A stretch of DNA of 64,000 nt from Candidatus Micrarchaeota archaeon (GTDB lineage: Archaea > B1Sed10-29), in assembly GCA_964579265.1 (NCBI GenBank), contig CAZOFO010000001.1:46115-110114 (forward strand). Direction: 5' to 3'. The notes beneath the pieces were generated by a model, which was not told where the DNA came from, did not search any database, and worked only from the letters and a program-made list of their open reading frames with translations. Each line of letters starts with the position of its first letter. Positions within the stretch are counted from its first letter, which is position 1. Of this stretch, positions 55,434 to 62,523 are shown in pieces. Both the position numbers and the translations under genes were made by a program.

Positions 55434-56098
55434 CTCCTGTTTCCTATTTTTGCTTTAAGATTATTGGCTAATATGTTCTTGATTGGTTCGGAGGTCTCTG
55501 CTTTCACTGTTGTCAATGCTTTTCCAAGAACTATTAGTGCCGGTACGAATATTAGTGAGCTGAGGTGGTATAGAGTGAAAGGTATCTGCGCTATGTATAC
55601 GTTTACTAGTGAATTTGTTGTTATTGATCCCCAGAGTAACCAGGTTCCAAATGCGGTTATTACATCGTATAGAAGTATTAGAATCGCAGTTGTAAAAGTA
55701 GCTTCTATAGTGGTTTTGGAGAATTTATCCGTGAATGATAGTTTTTTTCTGCTGGCCAGGAACCATATTAGAGTGAATGAAGGCCAGGTAAACAGATATA
55801 TTGCTTGAAATCCCCATATTAATAGATCGAAGATGAATAAGGTTGATAATGCTGCTATTCCTATGTATTTAGTTGTCTTAGCTTCGTTTTCATCTGCTCT
55901 GAAAGGCATTTTGAAAGCTCCTATAACTACTAAAGCAGGTATTACAATTGAAAAGTTAGGTATAGTTATCCCGATGATATATAGGATCTTTCCAGTTATT
56001 ACAAGTGCTGCACATATGCTTAAAAATATTTTGAAGTTCTTTGAGGATTTTTTTATTTCTTCTTTGGTTTTCATTGTTCTTTCTCTCAGCCGAAACAT
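55430..56098 (-). CDS. small polytopic membrane protein, ECF-transporter S-component-like (tentative)
   Basis: ~6 TM helices in 222 aa, co-operonic with the DUF4430 gene. Confidence 0.35.
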   Translation of the reverse strand: MFRLRERTMKTKEEIKKSSKNFKIFLSICAALVITGKILYIIGITIPNFSIVIPALVVIGAFKMPFRADENEAKTTKYIGIAALSTLFIFDLLIWGFQAIYLFTWPSFTLIWFLASRKKLSFTDKFSKTTIEATFTTAILILLYDVITAFGTWLLWGSITTNSLVNVYIAQIPFTLYHLSSLIFVPALIVLGKALTTVKAETSEPIKNILANNLKAKIGNRR

Positions 56099-56192
56099 GT
56101 GAATCCTGTTTCTTATTTAATCTTTCTTTACTTTATAATTTTATGGTTTTCGCTAAATCAAGCTTTAAATAAAATAACATATTTTTAATTAA

Positions 56193-56573
56193 ATGGTGTT
56201 AGATATGGCTGGAAAACTTGATTTTTGGAAGAAGGAAGATTCTTATGATTTATTTAGAGTCTTTGTGACTTTTATCTTGTTTTTTTTAGCAATTGGTTTT
56301 CTAATAGGTTTAATTTTTCCTTATCAAAGAACTATGTGCACTGAAATGGGTTGTAGCTGTGTTGAACAAGGAACAGGAGAGCCCGATGAAGATGGTGTTT
56401 GGAACTGTAATAGCTGTACAGAAAAAGACACGGTGTTTAGAACCTGGGTATTCAATGTGGTTAGAGAGAGGGAAGGCACTGAGATTATCGAATGTGGAGA
56501 TGGAGAAATACGGATGGATACTAGATATGTAGAATGGGATGATGACTGGAGCTATAGAATTGGTTTCGGTTAG
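56193..56573 (+). CDS. hypothetical membrane-anchored Cys-containing protein (126 aa)
   Basis: One TM helix, then CTEMGCSC...CNSC Cys cluster. Confidence 0.35.
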   Translation: MVLDMAGKLDFWKKEDSYDLFRVFVTFILFFLAIGFLIGLIFPYQRTMCTEMGCSCVEQGTGEPDEDGVWNCNSCTEKDTVFRTWVFNVVREREGTEIIECGDGEIRMDTRYVEWDDDWSYRIGFG

Positions 56574-56588
56574 TTCTCAACTTTATAA

Positions 56589-57401
56589 TTAATCAAACAC
56601 TTTTTTCTTTATTTTATCAATTTTCTCTTCATTCAGACCTATTAGAGGAGTGTAAATTGGCTTCACATGTTTTTCATGATCTTCTATGGCATTTTCTATA
56701 TTTTTTGTTCCTGTTACTGTTCCTTGTGGCTCGGTTGGTTTTTTCTCAGTTAGATTCCATTTTTCAAGAGTTTTATCCAGTTTTTTATTCTTTTTTTCTT
56801 TGACTGGTTCTATCATGCATCCTCTTTTCATCATCATCCAGGCGGCTAAGAGGTCTTCTTCGGTTTCTAACTTTGATTTTAATGTTCCGGCTACCCCTAG
56901 CGGTATGCCTCCTGGTCCTTTTATTTTTTCGGTGAAAAGATGTGATTTCTCTCCGTATACTTCTATATAGAGGATATGATCGGGGTTATCCAGGTCTACT
57001 TTTAGTCCTGTTTCTTTCTCCACGGTTCTTCCTATTTCTTCTTCTAGATCTTTGCTTGTGAAATCATGGTCCTTTGTTATTCTCTGCGCTCTGATAGCGA
57101 AAGTTCCTTTTTTCCAGTTTTTTACTTTTTCTTTTGCTTTTTCTCTTATTTTCTCCTTATTTGTCTCGGTTTCAACTGCTTTTGAGATAGATACTACTCC
57201 GAATATCTTTTTCAGAGTATTTAGAGCTTTTTCTCCCTGTTTTTCAGGGTAAATGTATAGTCTCAGTCTTTTTTCTTTTACTTCAGCGTTGATTCCATTT
57301 TTCTTTAGAGCTGTCCTCATGTTGTTTCCTAACTGGGATAGGAATCTTTTTTTCACTGGTTTTGACTTGAGGAATATTTCCCCGAATCTAGCTATTATCA
57401 T
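56589..57401 (-). CDS. ThiI-like THUMP-domain protein lacking the PP-loop ATP pyrophosphatase motif
   Basis: N-terminus MIIARFGEIFLKSKPVKKRF and THUMP region (NPDHILYIEVYGEKSHLFTEKIKGPGGIPLG) match ThiI. Where ThiI has SGGxDSPVAAxLMMKRG this protein has KLETEEDLLAAWMMMKRG. The protein ends after ~70 more residues (IYTPLIGLNEEKI). Confidence 0.55.
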   Translation of the reverse strand: MIIARFGEIFLKSKPVKKRFLSQLGNNMRTALKKNGINAEVKEKRLRLYIYPEKQGEKALNTLKKIFGVVSISKAVETETNKEKIREKAKEKVKNWKKGTFAIRAQRITKDHDFTSKDLEEEIGRTVEKETGLKVDLDNPDHILYIEVYGEKSHLFTEKIKGPGGIPLGVAGTLKSKLETEEDLLAAWMMMKRGCMIEPVKEKKNKKLDKTLEKWNLTEKKPTEPQGTVTGTKNIENAIEDHEKHVKPIYTPLIGLNEEKIDKIKKKVFD

Positions 57402-57467
57402 TTTTTATTACCTGTCTCTAGTAGTTTTTTGTTGCTTTGATTACTTAGAAGTTTGGGGAATAAAAGA

Positions 57468-57537
57468 GAAAACTTCGGAGGGGTTTTACCCCCTCTTTCT
57501 TTTTATCTTGAAGTGGAAACATAGCCGTTTGAAACGG
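57468..57537 (-). terminator. two tandem hairpins + T-rich tract downstream of the histone gene
   Basis: GAGGGG-TTTTA-CCCCTC, and a 13-bp-stem hairpin GGAAACATAGCCGTTT-GAA-ACGGCTTATGTTCC. On the minus strand these are followed by a T-rich run. Confidence 0.3.
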
Positions 57538-57588
57538 CTTATGTTCCATTTTGGGTTTTTATACAGACCTCTTAGAATTTAAAAAATC

Positions 57589-57795
57589 TTAAAGTTGTCT
57601 GGATGCTAGTCTGACGTCTTCTGCGGTTACTGTTTTTCTTCCTGCATGTCTTGCTAGTCTCATTGCTTGTGTGGATACTTCTGTTCCGACGTCTTCCAGT
57701 AGGTCTGCTAGTGCTTCTGCAGCATCTTCGGAAACTCTTTCTGCTCCAGCTTTTCTAATTATTCTGTCAACCGGTGCAACTGGTAGTTCAGCCAT
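57589..57795 (-). CDS. archaeal histone (HMf/HTa-like histone fold)
   Basis: MAELPVAPVDRIIRKAGAERVSEDAAEALADLLEDVGTEVSTQAMRLARHAGRKTVTAEDVRLASRQL closely matches archaeal histone consensus (ELPIAP..RIIK.AGAERVS.DA...L...LEE.G.EI...A..LA.HAGRKT..AEDI.LA). Confidence 0.85.
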   Translation of the reverse strand: MAELPVAPVDRIIRKAGAERVSEDAAEALADLLEDVGTEVSTQAMRLARHAGRKTVTAEDVRLASRQL

Positions 57796-57866
57796 TTGTA
57801 TTCACCCCTACCATTAATAGAGAGGAAGTTATATAAATACTTAAGGGTTTAAACCAGCTGAAAACC

Positions 57867-59480
57867 GTGTCAAATGATATGAAAGGATATATAGATAAAG
57901 AATTCATCAAAGAAGGAGAGATCGAGGATAGAGAGTACCAAAAAAACCTCGCTGAATCAGTAGTGGAAAATGGATCTTCTCTAATAGTAGCTCCAACTGC
58001 TTTAGGTAAGACGATAGTAGCTGCCCTTGTAATAGCTGAAAGACTTAAAGAGAACCCCAATGAGAAAATAGTATTTTTAGCACCCACTAAGCCTCTAGCG
58101 GAACAACATAAAGAAACCTTAGAAAGAGTAATGGATTTAGATAAAGATAAATTCATCACTCTTACAGGGAAAATCAAACCAAACCAGAGATACAAAGAGT
58201 GGAAAGAAAAACAGATTATAACAGCCACTCCTCAGACTACTAGAAACGATATACTTGAAGAAAAAGTTCCTTTAGAAGATATATCTCTAATGATATTCGA
58301 TGAATCCCATAGAGCGGTTAAAGACTACGCCTACGTGTTAGTCTCAGACGAATACCAAAATAATAGAGAAAATCCTTTTATCCTAGCTCTTACAGCCTCA
58401 CCAGGATCCAAGAAAAGTAAGATAGAAAGAGTATGTAGAAACCTAGGAATAGAAAATATAGAGATAAGGACTAAAGACGACGAAGATGTAAAACCCTATG
58501 TCCAAGACAAGGAATTCAACTGGATAAAAGTAGAATTTCCTGATGAACTCAAAGAAATTAAAAAAATACTTCAAAACTACATGGGAAAACTCTACTCCGA
58601 GATGAAAGAATACGGATTCATAAACAGCTACAATGTGAACAAAACCAGAAAGAAAAAGCTTTTAAACCTTAGAAAAAAACTCATGAACATGGATAACAAA
58701 GGACACAAAACCTATAAAGCACTCAGCAATGTCGCTGGCTTAATGAAAGTTCACCACGCGATAGAACTACTGGAAACCCAGGGAGTAGATTCAACCTTCA
58801 ACTACTTGAAAAAAATAAAGAACAAGAGCAAAAAAGAAAAAACAAAAGCAGGAGAAAGACTCATAAAAGATCCAAAAATACAAAGAGCAATAGTAAAACT
58901 ACAGGAACTAAGAGAAAAAGGAAAAGAACACCCAAAACTACCTAAAACAATAGAAAAAACCAAAGAAAAGATAAAAGAAGACAAAAAAGTATTAATATTT
59001 ACTCAGTATAGAGGAACAGTGGAAAAATTAGTCAAAGAATTGAGAAAAGAAAACATAGAAGCACAGAAATTCATAGGACAGACCAACAAAAAGAACGATG
59101 AAGGAATGAGTCAAAAACAACAGAAAAAAACTTTGGAAGAATTCAGAAAAAAAGAAAAAGCAGTATTAGTAGCAACGCAAATAGCGGAAGAAGGTCTTGA
59201 TATCCCGTCAATGGACACCGTGATATTCTACGAACCAATACCTTCCGAGATAAGGCACATACAGAGAAAAGGAAGAGCAGGAAGAAGAAAAAAAGGAGAA
59301 GTAATCATAATGATAACCAAGAATACTAGAGACGAAGCTTATTACTGGTCCAGCAAAAATAAAGAAAAGAAAATGAAGAAAATGCTTAAAAACTGGAGAG
59401 ATAATAATAAAGACCCTAAATCAAAACACGATCCGGATATAAATGAAAAGCAGAAAAAACTATCACAGTACGATAACTAA
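57867..59480 (+). CDS. hef: Hef/FANCM-type SF2 helicase (helicase moiety only)
   Basis: Motif I APTALGKT, motif II MIFDESHRAV, TASPG, and C-terminal RecA2 motifs (VLIFTQYRGTV, VATQIAEEGLDIP, QRKGRAGRR). Terminates at TAA 59478-59480. Confidence 0.75.
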   Translation: MSNDMKGYIDKEFIKEGEIEDREYQKNLAESVVENGSSLIVAPTALGKTIVAALVIAERLKENPNEKIVFLAPTKPLAEQHKETLERVMDLDKDKFITLTGKIKPNQRYKEWKEKQIITATPQTTRNDILEEKVPLEDISLMIFDESHRAVKDYAYVLVSDEYQNNRENPFILALTASPGSKKSKIERVCRNLGIENIEIRTKDDEDVKPYVQDKEFNWIKVEFPDELKEIKKILQNYMGKLYSEMKEYGFINSYNVNKTRKKKLLNLRKKLMNMDNKGHKTYKALSNVAGLMKVHHAIELLETQGVDSTFNYLKKIKNKSKKEKTKAGERLIKDPKIQRAIVKLQELREKGKEHPKLPKTIEKTKEKIKEDKKVLIFTQYRGTVEKLVKELRKENIEAQKFIGQTNKKNDEGMSQKQQKKTLEEFRKKEKAVLVATQIAEEGLDIPSMDTVIFYEPIPSEIRHIQRKGRAGRRKKGEVIIMITKNTRDEAYYWSSKNKEKKMKKMLKNWRDNNKDPKSKHDPDINEKQKKLSQYDN

Positions 59481-59498
59481 AAAAGTAGGAAAGATAAA

Positions 59499-60188
59499 AT
59501 GCAGGAAAAACTACAAACAGAAAATTTAAAAGATAGAGAAAATCCCTTAATCTATGTAGATCAAAGAGAATTCAGCTCAGGCATAGATAAAAAACTGGAA
59601 GAACTCAACGCAGAGGTAAGAAAAAAACAACTAGAAGTAGGGGACTACGTAGCTTCAAATAGAACTGCAATTGAAAGAAAAACCAAAAAAGACTTCATAA
59701 ATTCAATAATAGACAAAAGATTATTCGAACAAGCAGAAAACCTTAAGAAAAGCTTTACTCATCCTATAATCATAATAGAAGGAAATAATAATCATCTTAA
59801 GAACAGAAGAATACATCCCAACGCACTTAGAGGAGCACTAGCCTCTATCGCACTAGAATACGAAATACCTATACTTCACACTGATAACAAAAACGAAACT
59901 GCTTCTTTAATATACAGAATAGCTTACAGAGAACAGATAAAGGAAAAAAGAAACGTCAGAGTAAAAGGGAAAAAGACACCAAAAATGATTCCGGAGCAAC
60001 AACTCAACCTCGTACAGTCAATCCCAGGTATAGGTCCGGAACTAGCTGAATCTCTACTAGAAGAATTCAAGACAATAGAAGAAATTGTAAAAGCTAGCAA
60101 AACACAACTGAAAAAAGTAGAGGGAGTAGGGGAAAAGAAAGCAAAAGAGATAAGAAAATTATTGACTGAAGAGTGGAAAGATCAGTAA
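59499..60188 (+). CDS. ERCC4/XPF-type nuclease domain + tandem HhH (Hef nuclease moiety)
   Basis: ERCC4 signature region LIYVDQREFSSG...GDYVASNRTAIERKTKKDF and HhH2 (IPGIGPELAESLLEEF...VEGVGEKKAKEI). In the same reading frame as the helicase ORF, 18 nt after its stop. Confidence 0.7.
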   Translation: MQEKLQTENLKDRENPLIYVDQREFSSGIDKKLEELNAEVRKKQLEVGDYVASNRTAIERKTKKDFINSIIDKRLFEQAENLKKSFTHPIIIIEGNNNHLKNRRIHPNALRGALASIALEYEIPILHTDNKNETASLIYRIAYREQIKEKRNVRVKGKKTPKMIPEQQLNLVQSIPGIGPELAESLLEEFKTIEEIVKASKTQLKKVEGVGEKKAKEIRKLLTEEWKDQ

Positions 60189-60202
60189 AAGAAAGTTTTG
60201 CA

Positions 60203-60284
60203 CGCCGGGGAAGGGATTCGAACCCTTGAGGCCGTGAGGCCACCGGTCCTCGAAACCGGCGCATTTCCGCTCTGCCACCCCGGC
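60203..60284 (-). tRNA. tRNA-Ser (anticodon CGA), class II
   Basis: Reverse complement: GCCGGGG-TG-GCA-GAGCGGAAA-TGC-G-CCGGT-TTCGAGG-ACCGG-[GGCC-TCAC-GGCC]-TC-AAGGG-TTCGAAT-CCCTT-CCCCGGC-G. Anticodon CGA. Confidence 0.75.
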
Positions 60285-60305
60285 CTATATCTATTTTAAT
60301 TATCT

Positions 60306-60800
60306 TCATATAAATTTTAGATAATTAGCAATCATAAAAGCAAATACGAGGGGGATTCCATATTTTTCTACTATTCCGCCTGTTTTAATAGGTCCTTTGA
60401 GGTGTATTCCTCCTTCTTTTCCCAGCCATCTAATACCTTGAGGGTTCATGGAGTCTATTAAGAGATGGCTGAAGTAACCTATTATTGCTCCCATCAGGAT
60501 AGGAGAGAATACTGCTCTGCCAAGATAATTCAAAAATGTAGCTATTATTACTACCCAGGCTACCAAACCGTATACAGTATGAGTTATCCCTCTATGGCTG
60601 GTTGCTGAGGATATACCTGTAGATATCATCTTGTTGAAGGCATTCCAATCACTTATAAAGCTTTTTGGATGATCTATATCTGGTATAAGGCTAGATATAG
60701 CTGTTACTATTATCCCTGCAGCTGTTATTGGAGTGCCTATAATAGGGCTTAGTATTAGGAATAGTCCTGTTCCTATCATGAGATGCGATGCATGTAACAT
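60306..60800 (-). CDS. membrane-bound metal-dependent hydrolase (DUF457/YdjM-like)
   Basis: His-rich TM protein (HLMIGTGL..., IPDIDHP, GITHTV, FSHLLIDSMNPQGI). Confidence 0.55.
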   Translation of the reverse strand: MLHASHLMIGTGLFLILSPIIGTPITAAGIIVTAISSLIPDIDHPKSFISDWNAFNKMISTGISSATSHRGITHTVYGLVAWVVIIATFLNYLGRAVFSPILMGAIIGYFSHLLIDSMNPQGIRWLGKEGGIHLKGPIKTGGIVEKYGIPLVFAFMIANYLKFI

Positions 60801-60843
60801 GCTTAGATAAAACTATCTCTAGATTTATAAATGGTTTGTTTTT

Positions 60844-61512
60844 TCAGCTTCTCTTTATAGACTGTATCATGTGTCCTAGTCCGCTCAGTATAAAGGCTCC
60901 TCCGACCCAGTACTGTATCAAGGCCGGGTACATTATGACCAATATCCCTGTGGACACGAGTATTAGGCCTATGAAGGCTGCGGTGATTTTCTTGGTCTTC
61001 GACATTTTATTTTCCACCTCATTTAACACATTTATCATCCCTAGTAGATTCCAGGGACCGTGATCAAGATTGTGTTTCTTCGCGAATTTCTTGATCTCTG
61101 AACTGACTTCTTTCCAGAAATCTGCGAAGAATATGAAGTTGAGCATTAACAGAGCTATTATCATAACTATTGTGTAAGTTATCCCTGCCCAGTAATCTGC
61201 GAAGTGAGTCAATAGTAGTCCTATTTCATCGAAGAATATTCCAAGACCTGCACCGTATAGTATTGCGGATATTCTTTCTAGTTTTCTGTTTTTGTGAACT
61301 ATTGAGATCCATCCTGCGATTATTATTAGTGCGAGGCCGTAGTAGAAGTGGTGTATCATGTATGTTTCGAATGGGAATAAGTCTCTACCCGTCCATCCTG
61401 GCACTAAAAAGAATACGTATAGTCTGGCGATTAGAAAGGAGATTAGAAAAGATATGAATATTAGAAAAGGCATCTCCTTATTTTTTTTCTTTAGAAAGTT
61501 TTTTATAGGCAT
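60844..61512 (-). CDS. polytopic membrane protein (222 aa), unknown function
   Basis: Six hydrophobic segments; no motif. Confidence 0.35.
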   Translation of the reverse strand: MPIKNFLKKKNKEMPFLIFISFLISFLIARLYVFFLVPGWTGRDLFPFETYMIHHFYYGLALIIIAGWISIVHKNRKLERISAILYGAGLGIFFDEIGLLLTHFADYWAGITYTIVMIIALLMLNFIFFADFWKEVSSEIKKFAKKHNLDHGPWNLLGMINVLNEVENKMSKTKKITAAFIGLILVSTGILVIMYPALIQYWVGGAFILSGLGHMIQSIKRS

Positions 61513-61569
61513 TTTTTATCCTTTTTTATTGTTTTTTCTGAGTTTCTTTCAAGGTATTAAATCTATTTT

Positions 61570-62496
61570 TTATATTAAAATAGTTGATATTAAGAATCCA
61601 AGTACGGCTCCTGCTGTTACTGGTGGTAGTGCTGGTATTGCTATTCCTGGTCTCTTTAATAGATAGCTGAATAGCAGCACTAGTGCTATTAGTGATCCTA
61701 TTGCTGCTGCTAGAGCTTGTATTGGACCTATTCTAAGTAGTGATACTGTGAATACTAGAGGTATTGCTAGATCTCCTCCTCCTAACTGAAATGTTTTGCT
61801 GTATTTCCTTAATCCTTTTTTATTTTCATTTTTTGTTTTAGATTTTTCTTTATTGGTTCTTGTTCTTTTTTTAGTTAGTTTCTCCACGTGTTTCTCTTTT
61901 CCTCTTGTTTGTGTTGGTAATGCTGCTGTGAAGGCTCTTGGTTTTTCTGTGATTGCTTTTGCCATGTACACCATGTGTTTTGTGTAGAATACTGAGATGA
62001 AGTCATATATTCCTAGTGCCAGCATGAATATTAGTACGGGTACTACTCCTAAGGATGCTCCTAAAACTGCTCCTGCTCCTGCCACTGCTATTGTGAGCGC
62101 TAGATTTTGAGTTAGGTGGGATCTTTTATGTAGGTGTATTGCTGTGAGTCCTATTGCTAGTATTAGGCTGATTGGTATTATGATTCCCTGTATTCTTATT
62201 GCTGGTATTAAAAGATCAAATACTATTAATGATGCGAAGAATATTGCTAGTGCTTCAAATCCTGTTAGTATTTCTTTTTTGAATTTTATTACTAGTATCA
62301 TGATTGCTGTTATGACCATTAAATATGCAAAAAGAAGTATTGAGGACATTGGGCTTGCTGGGTCTCCTAATGCTGGTTCTACTTCTCCTATTGACATTAA
62401 ATGTAGGTATCTGTAACCTGTTGCTATTCCTAAGATTTGTACGGTGACGAACATTATTATAAGAAGGACTATGACTTGTATTTTGTTTAGTTCCAT
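61570..62496 (-). CDS. presenilin/signal-peptide-peptidase-family intramembrane aspartyl protease homologue (PSH)
   Basis: YD motif in TM (LALGIYDFISVFYTKHMV), GxGD motif (FQLGGGDLAIPLVF) and PAL motif (PALPPVTAG), in the expected order with ~9 TM helices. Confidence 0.55.
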   Translation of the reverse strand: MELNKIQVIVLLIIMFVTVQILGIATGYRYLHLMSIGEVEPALGDPASPMSSILLFAYLMVITAIMILVIKFKKEILTGFEALAIFFASLIVFDLLIPAIRIQGIIIPISLILAIGLTAIHLHKRSHLTQNLALTIAVAGAGAVLGASLGVVPVLIFMLALGIYDFISVFYTKHMVYMAKAITEKPRAFTAALPTQTRGKEKHVEKLTKKRTRTNKEKSKTKNENKKGLRKYSKTFQLGGGDLAIPLVFTVSLLRIGPIQALAAAIGSLIALVLLFSYLLKRPGIAIPALPPVTAGAVLGFLISTILI

Positions 62497-62523
62497 TTTT
62501 TACCTCTTATTCAGGAGATTTGG

